The notes: generated by a model not told the origin, from the letters alone. DNA of 64,000 nt from Eledone cirrhosa (GCA_964016885.1 OZ024743.1:35526001-35590000), one strand, 5' to 3'; positions 13,017 to 28,860 are shown, counted from the first letter of the stretch. A program made the numbers and translations.

Positions 13017-16000
13017 ATATATTAGAAAGATCGAGTATCGAAAAATCGGCGCACGAGTTAACGAAAAACGAAATCCGATATGAGCGGCAGAGGGCTCAAT
13101 AATTCAGATGAATCAGAGCTATAACTATCGTTAAAATACCGTCACATATAGAACAAGTCTACAATCAACCATACGATTTAAAATCGATAAAGGAAGATTC
13201 GGGCCAAACAGATAAAAAATATCAATAAAACAATACGTCAATAATTTAAATGAATGTAAAATCATACCCGGACCCACTAGAAAGGTGTTAAATCTAGCTT
13301 CATGGGTTTCTGTAAATCCTTAGACAGTACTCTATCAGCTCACATATAAATATAAAAGCCTACTAGAATAAGTGGAATGGAGTTTACGTTGTCAACGAGT
13401 TTTATCCTGGCGGCAAAGGAGTCAACTAGCGGTGAAAAACGCACATGGCATTAGACAAGGGAGATGACCCCTATATCCGCGAAAATAATTCGAGTGAATG
13501 TGGAAATACACATATCGAATTAGAGTGCTCAATAGACATGTTAAAATAAAACAAAAGCTATTCATCACTCAATAGAATCGACAAAATATGAGCAATAAAA
13601 TTAACTGGTGGATAGCTATGTCCAGAGCTAAATATATTAGAAAGATCGAGTATCGAAAAATCGGCGCACGAGTTAACGAAAAACGAAATCCGATATGAGC
13701 GGCAGAGGGCTCAATAATTCAGATGAATCAGAGCTATAACTATCGTTAAAATACCGTCACATATAGAACAAGTCTACAATCAACCATACGATTTAAAATC
13801 GATAAAGGAAGATTCGGGCCAAACAGATAAAAAATATCAATAAAACAATACGTCAATAATTTAAATGAATGTAAAATCATACCCGGACCCACTAGAAAGG
13901 TGTTAAATCTAGCTTCATGGGTTTCTGTAAATCCTTAGACAGTACTCTATCAGCTCACATATAAATATAAAAGCCTACTAGAATAAGTGGAATGGAGTTT
14001 ACGTTGTCAACGAGTTTTATCCTGGCGGCAAAGGAGTCAACTAGCGGTGAAAAACGCACATGGCATTAGACAAGGGAGATGACCCCTATATCCGCGAAAA
14101 TAATTCGAGTGAATGTGGAAATACACATATCGAATTAGAGTGCTCAATAGACATGTTAAAATAAAACAAAAGCTATTCATCACTCAATAGAATCGACAAA
14201 ATATGAGCAATAAAATTAACTGGTGGATAGCTATGTCCAGAGCTAAATATATTAGAAAGATCGAGTATCGAAAAATCGGCGCACGAGTTAACGAAAAACG
14301 AAATCCGATATGAGCGGCAGAGGGCTCAATAATTCAGATGAATCAGAGCTATAACTATCGTTAAAATACCGTCACATATAGAACAAGTCTACAATCAACC
14401 ATACGATTTAAAATCGATAAAGGAAGATTCGGGCCAAACAGATAAAAAATATCAATAAAACAATACGTCAATAATTTAAATGAATGTAAAATCATACCCG
14501 GACCCACTAGAAAGGTGTTAAATCTAGCTTCATGGGTTTCTGTAAATCCTTAGACAGTACTCTATCAGCTCACATATAAATATAAAAGCCTACTAGAATA
14601 AGTGGAATGGAGTTTACGTTGTCAACGAGTTTTATCCTGGCGGCAAAGGAGTCAACTAGCGGTGAAAAACGCACATGGCATTAGACAAGGGAGATGACCC
14701 CTATATCCGCGAAAATAATTCGAGTGAATGTGGAAATACACATATCGAATTAGAGTGCTCAATAGACATGTTAAAATAAAACAAAAGCTATTCATCACTC
14801 AATAGAATCGACAAAATATGAGCAATAAAATTAACTGGTGGATAGCTATGTCCAGAGCTAAATATATTAGAAAGATCGAGTATCGAAAAATCGGCGCACG
14901 AGTTAACGAAAAACGAAATCCGATATGAGCGGCAGAGGGCTCAATAATTCAGATGAATCAGAGCTATAACTATCGTTAAAATACCGTCACATATAGAACA
15001 AGTCTACAATCAACCATACGATTTAAAATCGATAAAGGAAGATTCGGGCCAAACAGATAAAAAATATCAATAAAACAATACGTCAATAATTTAAATGAAT
15101 GTAAAATCATACCCGGACCCACTAGAAAGGTGTTAAATCTAGCTTCATGGGTTTCTGTAAATCCTTAGACAGTACTCTATCAGCTCACATATAAATATAA
15201 AAGCCTACTAGAATAAGTGGAATGGAGTTTACGTTGTCAACGAGTTTTATCCTGGCGGCAAAGGAGTCAACTAGCGGTGAAAAACGCACATGGCATTAGA
15301 CAAGGGAGATGACCCCTATATCTGCGAAAATAATTCGAGTGAATGTGGAAATACACATATCGAATTAGAGTGCTCAATAGACATGTTAAAATAAAACAAA
15401 AGCTATTCATCACTCAATAGAATCGACAAAATATGAGCAATAAAATTAACTGGTGGATAGCTATGTCCAGAGCTAAATATATTAGAAAGATCGAGTATCG
15501 AAAAATCGGCGCACGAGTTAACGAAAAACGAAATCCGATATGAGCGGCAGAGGGCTCAATAATTCAGATGAATCAGAGCTATAACTATCGTTAAAATACC
15601 GTCACATATAGAACAAGTCTACAATCAACCATACGATTTAAAATCGATAAAGGAAGATTCGGGCCAAACAGATAAAAAATATCAATAAAACAATACGTCA
15701 ATAATTTAAATGAATGTAAAATCATACCCGGACCCACTAGAAAGGTGTTAAATCTAGCTTCATGGGTTTCTGTAAATCCTTAGACAGTACTCTATCAGCT
15801 CACATATAAATATAAAAGCCTACTAGAATAAGTGGAATGGAGTTTACGTTGTCAACGAGTTTTATCCTGGCGGCAAAGGAGTCAACTAGCGGTGAAAAAC
15901 GCACATGGCATTAGACAAGGGAGATGACCCCTATATCCGCGAAAATAATTCGAGTGAATGTGGAAATACACATATCGAATTAGAGTGCTCAATAGACATG

Positions 16001-19000
16001 TTAAAATAAAACAAAAGCTATTCATCACTCAATAGAATCGACAAAATATGAGCAATAAAATTAACTGGTGGATAGCTATGTCCAGAGCTAAATATATTAG
16101 AAAGATCGAGTATCGAAAAATCGGCGCACGAGTTAACGAAAAACGAAATCCGATATGAGCGGCAGAGGGCTCAATAATTCAGATGAATCAGAGCTATAAC
16201 TATCGTTAAAATACCGTCACATATAGAACAAGTCTACAATCAACCATACGATTTAAAATCGATAAAGGAAGATTCGGGCCAAACAGATAAAAAATATCAA
16301 TAAAACAATACGTCAATAATTTAAATGAATGTAAAATCATACCCGGACCCACTAGAAAGGTGTTAAATCTAGCTTCATGGGTTTCTGTAAATCCTTAGAC
16401 AGTACTCTATCAGCTCACATATAAATATAAAAGCCTACTAGAATAAGTGGAATGGAGTTTACGTTGTCAACGAGTTTTATCCTGGCGGCAAAGGAGTCAA
16501 CTAGCGGTGAAAAACGCACATGGCATTAGACAAGGGAGATGACCCCTATATCCGCGAAAATAATTCGAGTGAATGTGGAAATACACATATCGAATTAGAG
16601 TGCTCAATAGACATGTTAAAATAAAACAAAAGCTATTCATCACTCAATAGAATCGACAAAATATGAGCAATAAAATTAACTGGTGGATAGCTATGTCCAG
16701 AGCTAAATATATTAGAAAGATCGAGTATCGAAAAATCGGCGCACGAGTTAACGAAAAACGAAATCCGATATGAGCGGCAGAGGGCTCAATAATTCAGATG
16801 AATCAGAGCTATAACTATCGTTAAAATACCGTCACATATAGAACAAGTCTACAATCAACCATACGATTTAAAATCGATAAAGGAAGATTCGGGCCAAACA
16901 GATAAAAAATATCAATAAAACAATACGTCAATAATTTAAATGAATGTAAAATCATACCCGGACCCACTAGAAAGGTGTTAAATCTAGCTTCATGGGTTTC
17001 TGTAAATCCTTAGACAGTACTCTATCAGCTCACATATAAATATAAAAGCCTACTAGAATAAGTGGAATGGAGTTTACGTTGTCAACGAGTTTTATCCTGG
17101 CGGCAAAGGAGTCAACTAGCGGTGAAAAACGCACATGGCATTAGACAAGGGAGATGACCCCTATATCCGCGAAAATAATTCGAGTGAATGTGGAAATACA
17201 CATATCGAATTAGAGTGCTCAATAGACATGTTAAAATAAAACAAAAGCTATTCATCACTCAATAGAATCGACAAAATATGAGCAATAAAATTAACTGGTG
17301 GATAGCTATGTCCAGAGCTAAATATATTAGAAAGATCGAGTATCGAAAAATCGGCGCACGAGTTAACGAAAAACGAAATCCGATATGAGCGGCAGAGGGC
17401 TCAATAATTCAGATGAATCAGAGCTATAACTATCGTTAAAATACCGTCACATATAGAACAAGTCTACAATCAACCATACGATTTAAAATCGATAAAGGAA
17501 GATTCGGGCCAAACAGATAAAAAATATCAATAAAACAATACGTCAATAATTTAAATGAATGTAAAATCATACCCGGACCCACTAGAAAGGTGTTAAATCT
17601 AGCTTCATGGGTTTCTGTAAATCCTTAGACAGTACTCTATCAGCTCACATATAAATATAAAAGCCTACTAGAATAAGTGGAATGGAGTTTACGTTGTCAA
17701 CGAGTTTTATCCTGGCGGCAAAGGAGTCAACTAGCGGTGAAAAACGCACATGGCATTAGACAAGGGAGATGACCCCTATATCCGCGAAAATAATTCGAGT
17801 GAATGTGGAAATACACATATCGAATTAGAGTGCTCAATAGACATGTTAAAATAAAACAAAAGCTATTCATCACTCAATAGAATCGACAAAATATGAGCAA
17901 TAAAATTAACTGGTGGATAGCTATGTCCAGAGCTAAATATATTAGAAAGATCGAGTATCGAAAAATCGGCGCACGAGTTAACGAAAAACGAAATCCGATA
18001 TGAGCGGCAGAGGGCTCAATAATTCAGATGAATCAGAGCTATAACTATCGTTAAAATACCGTCACATATAGAACAAGTCTACAATCAACCATACGATTTA
18101 AAATCGATAAAGGAAGATTCGGGCCAAACAGATAAAAAATATCAATAAAACAATACGTCAATAATTTAAATGAATGTAAAATCATACCCGGACCCACTAG
18201 AAAGGTGTTAAATCTAGCTTCATGGGTTTCTGTAAATCCTTAGACAGTACTCTATCAGCTCACATATAAATATAAAAGCCTACTAGAATAAGTGGAATGG
18301 AGTTTACGTTGTCAACGAGTTTTATCCTGGCGGCAAAGGAGTCAACTAGCGGTGAAAAACGCACATGGCATTAGACAAGGGAGATGACCCCTATATCCGC
18401 GAAAATAATTCGAGTGAATGTGGAAATACACATATCGAATTAGAGTGCTCAATAGACATGTTAAAATAAAACAAAAGCTATTCATCACTCAATAGAATCG
18501 ACAAAATATGAGCAATAAAATTAACTGGTGGATAGCTATGTCCAGAGCTAAATATATTAGAAAGATCGAGTATCGAAAAATCGGCGCACGAGTTAACGAA
18601 AAACGAAATCCGATATGAGCGGCAGAGGGCTCAATAATTCAGATGAATCAGAGCTATAACTATCGTTAAAATACCGTCACATATAGAACAAGTCTACAAT
18701 CAACCATACGATTTAAAATCGATAAAGGAAGATTCGGGCCAAACAGATAAAAAATATCAATAAAACAATACGTCAATAATTTAAATGAATGTAAAATCAT
18801 ACCCGGACCCACTAGAAAGGTGTTAAATCTAGCTTCATGGGTTTCTGTAAATCCTTAGACAGTACTCTATCAGCTCACATATAAATATAAAAGCCTACTA
18901 GAATAAGTGGAATGGAGTTTACGTTGTCAACGAGTTTTATCCTGGCGGCAAAGGAGTCAACTAGCGGTGAAAAACGCACATGGCATTAGACAAGGGAGAT

Positions 19001-22000
19001 GACCCCTATATCCGCGAAAATAATTCGAGTGAATGTGGAAATACACATATCGAATTAGAGTGCTCAATAGACATGTTAAAATAAAACAAAAGCTATTCAT
19101 CACTCAATAGAATCGACAAAATATGAGCAATAAAATTAACTGGTGGATAGCTATGTCCAGAGCTAAATATATTAGAAAGATCGAGTATCGAAAAATCGGC
19201 GCACGAGTTAACGAAAAACGAAATCCGATATGAGCGGCAGAGGGCTCAATAATTCAGATGAATCAGAGCTATAACTATCGTTAAAATACCGTCACATATA
19301 GAACAAGTCTACAATCAACCATACGATTTAAAATCGATAAAGGAAGATTCGGGCCAAACAGATAAAAAATATCAATAAAACAATACGTCAATAATTTAAA
19401 TGAATGTAAAATCATACCCGGACCCACTAGAAAGGTGTTAAATCTAGCTTCATGGGTTTCTGTAAATCCTTAGACAGTACTCTATCAGCTCACATATAAA
19501 TATAAAAGCCTACTAGAATAAGTGGAATGGAGTTTACGTTGTCAACGAGTTTTATCCTGGCGGCAAAGGAGTCAACTAGCGGTGAAAAACGCACATGGCA
19601 TTAGACAAGGGAGATGACCCCTATATCCGCGAAAATAATTCGAGTGAATGTGGAAATACACATATCGAATTAGAGTGCTCAATAGACATGTTAAAATAAA
19701 ACAAAAGCTATTCATCACTCAATAGAATCGACAAAATATGAGCAATAAAATTAACTGGTGGATAGCTATGTCCAGAGCTAAATATATTAGAAAGATCGAG
19801 TATCGAAAAATCGGCGCACGAGTTAACGAAAAACGAAATCCGATATGAGCGGCAGAGGGCTCAATAATTCAGATGAATCAGAGCTATAACTATCGTTAAA
19901 ATACCGTCACATATAGAACAAGTCTACAATCAACCATACGATTTAAAATCGATAAAGGAAGATTCGGGCCAAACAGATAAAAAATATCAATAAAACAATA
20001 CGTCAATAATTTAAATGAATGTAAAATCATACCCGGACCCACTAGAAAGGTGTTAAATCTAGCTTCATGGGTTTCTGTAAATCCTTAGACAGTACTCTAT
20101 CAGCTCACATATAAATATAAAAGCCTACTAGAATAAGTGGAATGGAGTTTACGTTGTCAACGAGTTTTATCCTGGCGGCAAAGGAGTCAACTAGCGGTGA
20201 AAAACGCACATGGCATTAGACAAGGGAGATGACCCCTATATCCGCGAAAATAATTCGAGTGAATGTGGAAATATACATATCGAATTAGAGTGCTCAATAG
20301 ACATGTTAAAATAAAACAAAAGCTATTCATCACTCAATAGAATCGACAAAATATGAGCAATAAAATTAACTGGTGGATAGCTATGTCCAGAGCTAAATAT
20401 ATTAGAAAGATCGAGTATCGAAAAATCGGCGCACGAGTTAACGAAAAACGAAATCCGATATGAGCGGCAGAGGGCTCAATAATTCAGATGAATCAGAGCT
20501 ATAACTATCGTTAAAATACCGTCACATATAGAACAAGTCTACAATCAACCATACGATTTAAAATCGATAAAGGAAGATTCGGGCCAAACAGATAAAAAAT
20601 ATCAATAAAACAATACGTCAATAATTTAAATGAATGTAAAATCATACCCGGACCCACTAGAAAGGTGTTAAATCTAGCTTCATGGGTTTCTGTAAATCCT
20701 TAGACAGTACTCTATCAGCTCACATATAAATATAAAAGCCTACTAGAATAAGTGGAATGGAGTTTACGTTGTCAACGAGTTTTATCCTGGCGGCAAAGGA
20801 GTCAACTAGCGGTGAAAAACGCACATGGCATTAGACAAGGGAGATGACCCCTATATCCGCGAAAATAATTCGAGTGAATGTGGAAATACACATATCGAAT
20901 TAGAGTGCTCAATAGACATGTTAAAATAAAACAAAAGCTATTCATCACTCAATAGAATCGACAAAATATGAGCAATAAAATTAACTGGTGGATAGCTATG
21001 TCCAGAGCTAAATATATTAGAAAGATCGAGTATCGAAAAATCGGCGCACGAGTTAACGAAAAACGAAATCCGATATGAGCGGCAGAGGGCTCAATAATTC
21101 AGATGAATCAGAGCTATAACTATCGTTAAAATACCGTCACATATAGAACAAGTCTACAATCAACCATACGATTTAAAATCGATAAAGGAAGATTCGGGCC
21201 AAACAGATAAAAAATATCAATAAAACAATACGTCAATAATTTAAATGAATGTAAAATCATACCCGGACCCACTAGAAAGGTGTTAAATCTAGCTTCATGG
21301 GTTTCTGTAAATCCTTAGACAGTACTCTATCAGCTCACATATAAATATAAAAGCCTACTAGAATAAGTGGAATGGAGTTTACGTTGTCAACGAGTTTTAT
21401 CCTGGCGGCAAAGGAGTCAACTAGCGGTGAAAAACGCACATGGCATTAGACAAGGGAGATGACCCCTATATCCGCGAAAATAATTCGAGTGAATGTGGAA
21501 ATACACATATCGAATTAGAGTGCTCAATAGACATGTTAAAATAAAACAAAAGCTATTCATCACTCAATAGAATCGACAAAATATGAGCAATAAAATTAAC
21601 TGGTGGATAGCTATGTCCAGAGCTAAATATATTAGAAAGATCGAGTATCGAAAAATCGGCGCACGAGTTAACGAAAAACGAAATCCGATATGAGCGGCAG
21701 AGGGCTCAATAATTCAGATGAATCAGAGCTATAACTATCGTTAAAATACCGTCACATATAGAACAAGTCTACAATCAACCATACGATTTAAAATCGATAA
21801 AGGAAGATTCGGGCCAAACAGATAAAAAATATCAATAAAACAATACGTCAATAATTTAAATGAATGTAAAATCATACCCGGACCCACTAGAAAGGTGTTA
21901 AATCTAGCTTCATGGGTTTCTGTAAATCCTTAGACAGTACTCTATCAGCTCACATATAAATATAAAAGCCTACTAGAATAAGTGGAATGGAGTTTACGTT

Positions 22001-22682
22001 GTCAACGAGTTTTATCCTGGCGGCAAAGGAGTCAACTAGCGGTGAAAAACGCACATGGCATTAGACAAGGGAGATGACCCCTATATCCGCGAAAATAATT
22101 CGAGTGAATGTGGAAATACACATATCGAATTAGAGTGCTCAATAGACATGTTAAAATAAAACAAAAGCTATTCATCACTCAATAGAATCGACAAAATATG
22201 AGCAATAAAATTAACTGGTGGATAGCTATGTCCAGAGCTAAATATATTAGAAAGATCGAGTATCGAAAAATCGGCGCACGAGTTAACGAAAAACGAAATC
22301 CGATATGAGCGGCAGAGGGCTCAATAATTCAGATGAATCAGAGCTATAACTATCGTTAAAATACCGTCACATATAGAACAAGTCTACAATCAACCATACG
22401 ATTTAAAATCGATAAAGGAAGATTCGGGCCAAACAGATAAAAAATATCAATAAAACAATACGTCAATAATTTAAATGAATGTAAAATCATACCCGGACCC
22501 ACTAGAAAGGTGTTAAATCTAGCTTCATGGGTTTCTGTAAATCCTTAGACAGTACTCTATCAGCTCACATATAAATATAAAAGCCTACTAGAATAAGTGG
22601 AATGGAGTTTACGTTGTCAACGAGTTTTATCCTGGCGGCAAAGGAGTCAACTAGCGGTGAAAAACGCACATGGCATTAGACA
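13017..22682. repeat. Tandem array of a 615-bp unit, about 15.7 copies, flanked by (TA)n
   Basis: attagaaagatcgag recurs at 13021, 13636, 14251 ... 22246 (period 615); only two substitutions noticed (15323, 20274). Confidence 0.98.
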
Positions 22683-22699
22683 TATATATATATATATAT

Positions 22700-22898
22700 A
22701 AAGGATAAAAAGGACGATTGATTATTCCTTCATTGCATTTATATATATCAATAAATGCAATGAAGGAGTAATCAATCGTCCTTTTTATCCTTTCTATATA
22801 GTACACTCTGTATAGCTCTACACATCATCACAGAAAGTGAACCTAAACATCGAGTGCTCACCCGGGTGAACCTGCAGTAACTCCTAGCTACACCCCCT

Positions 22899-22900
<2 letters not shown>
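22700..22900 (+). mobile_element. Small element in (TA)n beginning with a 43-bp fold-back
   Basis: Arms 22700-22742 and 22751-22793, one mismatch. Confidence 0.6.
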
Positions 22901-22975
<75 letters not shown>

Positions 22976-23000
22976 TAAAAATAGACCGAGAAACAAGAAT

Positions 23001-23090
23001 GTCCTTCATCAGTAGTCTGCTGATTATCATTGGTATTTCTTCGCATACCTAAAATCAGTGCGAGCGATAACTAAATGAAGTTATCGGGAC
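23001..23090 (-). ncRNA. Permuted hammerhead-like RNA, copy A (lacks scissile nucleotide and one stem I strand)
   Basis: GUCC-hairpin-UCGC-CUGAUU..GGUAU..GCGA-A-GAAAUACC..AAUCAG..CUGAUGA-A-GGAC; stems covary with copies B and C. Confidence 0.6.
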
Positions 23091-23206
23091 AGAGGAAAAC
23101 AGAGGAAAGGAAACAAGCAACATGGTAGTGATGCAATGTAAAGAGAGGAAAAGAGAGACAACTCAATGAATCTTGTGGGCTTAAGTCTGACAAATCAAAT
23201 GACGAG

Positions 23207-24858
<1,652 letters not shown>

Positions 24859-24862
24859 CATA

Positions 24863-25015
<153 letters not shown>

Positions 25016-25035
25016 TTGTAACTCTATACACACGA

Positions 25036-25068
<33 letters not shown>

Positions 25069-25127
25069 TATGTCTGTAACTCTATACATATGGACATACA
25101 CACACATACACGCGGGGCTTTATTATC

Positions 25128-25318
25128 GTTGATTGGCAGTATCGGTAGAGAGTCGGACGCCATACTTTGCAGCATAGGGTTACGCCCCTTTACGATCTGA
25201 GTTCAAATCCCACCGAGGTTAACTTTGCCTTTCATCCTTACGGGGTCGATAAAATAAAGTACCAGTAATGTACTGAGATAATTGCTGGCCTTGTGCCAAA
25301 AAGTAGAAACAATTATTA
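25128..25318 (+). mobile_element. SINE family 1, tail B
   Basis: Near full-length match. Confidence 0.88.
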
Positions 25319-25364
25319 TCGTTGATAGTAACTGTAAGAAGTAGTATTTCGTATCATTAAGTTG

Positions 25365-27636
25365 TATGGTGTAGTGTACTGGTTGTGGTGTGTTGTGGTG
25401 TGTGATGTGGTGGTTGTGGTGTAGTGTAGTAGGTATAGTATGGTGTAGTGTAGTAGGTATAGTATGGTGTGGTGTAGTGTAGTGTAGTAGGTATAGTATG
25501 GTGTGGTGTAGTGTAGTGGTGGTTGTGGTGTAGTGTAGTAGGTATAGTATGGTGTGGTGTAGTGTAGTGGTGGTTGTGGTGTAGTGTAGTAGGTATAGTA
25601 TGGTGTTTGTAGTGTAGTGGTGGTTGTGGTGTAGTGTAGTAGGTATAGTATGGTGTGGTGTAGTGTAGTAGCTATAGTATGGTGTGGTGTAGTGTAGTGT
25701 AGTAGGTATAGTATGGTGTGGTGTAGTGTAGTGTAGTAGGTATAGTATGGTGTGGTGTAGTGTAGTGTAGTAGGTATAGTATGGTGTGGTGTAGTGTAGT
25801 GGTGGTTGTGGTGTAGTGTAGTAGGTATAGTATGGTGTGGTGTGTGATGTGGTGGTTGTGGTGTAGTGTAGTAGGTATAGTATGGTGTGGTGTAGTGTAG
25901 TGTAGTAGGTATAGTATGGTGTGGTGTAGTGTAGTGGTGGTTGTGGTGTAGTGTAGTAGGTATAGTATGGTGTGGTGTGTGATGTGGTGGTTGTGGTGTA
26001 GTGTAGTAGGTATAGTATGGTGTAGTGTAGTAGGTATAGTATGGTGTGGTGTAGTGTAGTGTAGTGTAGTAGGTATAGTATGGTGTGGTGTAGTGTAGTG
26101 GTGTAGTGTAGTAGGTATAGTATGGTGTGGTGTAGTGTAGTGTAGTGTAGTAGGTATAGTATGGTGTGGTGTAGTGTAGTGGTGTAGTGTAGTAGGTATA
26201 GTATGGTGTGGTGTAGTGTAGTGGTGGTTGTGGTGTAGTGTAGTAGCTATAGTATGGTGTGGTGTAGTGTAGTGTAGTAGGTATAGTATGGTGTGGTGTA
26301 GTGTAGTGTAGTAGGTATAGTATGGTGTGGTGTAGTGTAGTGTAGTAGGTATAGTATGGTGTGGTGTAGTGTAGTGGTGGTTGTGGTGTAGTGTAGTAGG
26401 TATAGTATGGTGTGGTGTGTGATGTGGTGGTTGTGGTGTAGTGTAGTAGGTATAGTATGGTGTGGTGTAGTGTAGTGTAGTAGGTATAGTATGGTGTGGT
26501 GTAGTGTAGTGGTGGTTGTGGTGTAGTGTAGTAGGTATAGTATGGTGTAGTGTAGTGTAGTGTAGTAGGTATAGTATGGTGTGGTGTGTGATGTGGTGGT
26601 TGTGGTGTAGTGTAGTAGGTATAGTATGGTGTGGTGTGTGATGTGGTGGTTGTGGTGTAGTGTAGTAGGTATAGTATGGTGTGGTGTAGTGTAGTGTAGT
26701 AGGTATAGTATGGTGTGGTGTGTGATGTGGTGGTTGTGGTGTAGTGTAGTAGGTATAGTATGGTGTGGTGTAGTGTAGTGGTGGTTGTGGTGTAGTGTAG
26801 TAGGTATAGTATGGTGTGGTGTGTGATGTGGTGGTTGTGGTGTAGTGTAGTAGGTATAGTATGGTGTGGTGTAGTGTAGTGTAGTAGGTATAGTATGGTG
26901 TGGTGTGTGATGTGGTGGTTGTGGTGTAGTGTAGTAGGTATAGTATGGTGTGGTGTAGTGTAGTGTAGTAGGTATAGTATGGTGTGGTGTAGTGTAGTGG
27001 TGGTTGTGGTGTAGTGTAGTAGGTATAGTATGGTGTAGTGTAGTGTAGTGTAGTAGGTATAGTATGGTGTGGTGTGTGATGTGGTGGTTGTGGTGTAGTG
27101 TAGTAGGTATAGTATGGTGTGGTGTGTGATGTGGTGGTTGTGGTGTAGTGTAGTAGGTATAGTATGGTGTGGTGTAGTGTAGTGTAGTAGGTATAGTATG
27201 GTGTGGTGTGTGATGTGGTGGTTGTGGTGTAGTGTAGTAGGTATAGTATGGTGTGGTGTAGTGTAGTGGTGGTTGTGGTGTAGTGTAGTAGGTATAGTAT
27301 GGTGTGGTGTGTGATGTGGTGGTTGTGGTGTAGTGTAGTAGGTATAGTATGGTGTGGTGTAGTGTAGTGTAGTAGGTATAGTATGGTGTGGTGTAGTGTA
27401 GTAGGTATAGTATGGTGTGGTGTGTGATGTGGTGGTTGTGGTGTAGTGTAAGTAGGTATAGTATGGTGTGGTGTAGTGTAGTGTAGTAGGTATAGTATGG
27501 TGTGGTGTGTGATGTGGTGGTTGTGGTGTAGTGTAGTAGGTATAGTATGGTGTGGTGTGTGATGTGGTGGTTGTAGTGTAGTAGGTATAGTATGGTGTGG
27601 TGTGGTGTAGTGTAGTAGGTATAGTATGGTGTGGTG
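25365..27636. repeat. Pentamer-based satellite (GTAGT/GTGGT) with recurring aggtatagtatggtgt anchor
   Basis: Direct reading; variable units of about 25-45 bp. Confidence 0.95.
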
Positions 27637-27889
27637 GTGACAGAGAAAGGTCAGTTATGCTCGATGTACTCTCTCCTCAACAATAAGACATTCACTTTTA
27701 TACTTCAGTTGATTCAATGGTTGAACGGCAACCAATCAGCTTCATTATTCACTCTCTCTCTTTCCCCCGCTTCTCGCCCTTTCCTTTCTCTCTACTCTCT
27801 CTTGCTCTCCTTCAGACACAGTATCTATAATTAACTGTCTTTCCTGTTGTCTACCCATTCGTTCGTCCGTCCGCCTGTCTGTCCGTTTT

Positions 27890-27894
27890 TCTAT

Positions 27895-27959
<65 letters not shown>

Positions 27960-28030
27960 AATCTCCCCTCTCTCTCTCCCCCGCCCCCTCTCTCTATCTA
28001 GCCCCCCACTCTCTCTCTATCTATCTATCG
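27890..28030. repeat. (TATC)n microsatellite
   Basis: Direct reading. Confidence 0.9.
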
Positions 28031-28397
28031 TTACTTATCTGTCTGCCAATCTTTCTATCTGTCATATATCTGTCTATTAATCAAATTTCGTTCTTCCATA
28101 TAATTTTCTTCTTTTCTTTGTTTTCCCCACCTCTCTCATTCTCTAATAGTCAATCTGTTAGTCTGTCTGTCTGTCTGCCAGTATGTTTGCTTGTCTCTCA
28201 GTCTACTGTAGACTGTTGAGTAAAATCTTCCCTACTCAATTATGTGTGTGTAAGACAGTACCCCAGCATGGCTGCAGTCCAATAACTGAAACTAGTAAAA
28301 GACTAAAAGAATAAAAAGAAACTCAGCTTCAAATAGTCCATCGAAGGGTTCATAGAAAAGTACTGATCAGTTCAATTGTTGCGATGAGTGAAGAATT

Positions 28398-28428
28398 TGG
28401 CGTTTCGGGCTCTTGCTCTTCGTCTGAA
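28398..28428 (-). ncRNA. Degenerate minimal hammerhead (Penelope pLTR type)
   Basis: CAGACGA-A-GAGC-AAGA-GCCC-GAAACG on the minus strand. Confidence 0.45.
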
Positions 28429-28727
28429 AGTGAGAAAGGAACAGAGAAACAGAGTAAGAGAGAAAGGGAGAATGAGAAAGAAAGGAAGATTGTGGAAGAC
28501 AATGAAGAAGGAATGAGAGAAGAAGGAAGGCGGCAAGGAAGAGGGGTTTCAGAGGGATGTAGATCTGAGGAAGGATGATTAAGAGAAGTGCTTAAAGTTT
28601 TAGATTTTTAAAAAGGCGAGAAACAGTAAAGGTGACAAAAGAGTGCGAAGTGGGGTAATTGATGACCTTGGGAGATGTCGTTAGGCGTCTTGCATTTTAA
28701 TGCTCACTGTCATCCTTAGAGCAACAA

Positions 28728-28860
28728 GGGTGGTGGATTGGCATAACTGTTTGGGGGACGGGCAAAATGATTTGCTGCATTTAGTTACGGCTCTTTTCCT
28801 TCTGAGTTCAAATCCCATCGAAGTACACTGTTCCTTTCACCCTTCTGGAGTCGATGAAAA
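28728..28860 (+). mobile_element. Old SINE family 1 copy
   Basis: ggtggtggattggca...tctgagttcaaatccc...gtcgatgaaa. Confidence 0.7.

Noticed and set aside
13017-22682. 615-bp array as a 5S rRNA, tRNA, snRNA or histone cluster
   Set aside because: No recognisable RNA-gene sequence, Pol III boxes or ORF in the unit; no canonical CUGANGA or twister core found either
25365-27636. Telomeric repeat
   Set aside because: Not TTAGGG-like; heterogeneous units at an internal position
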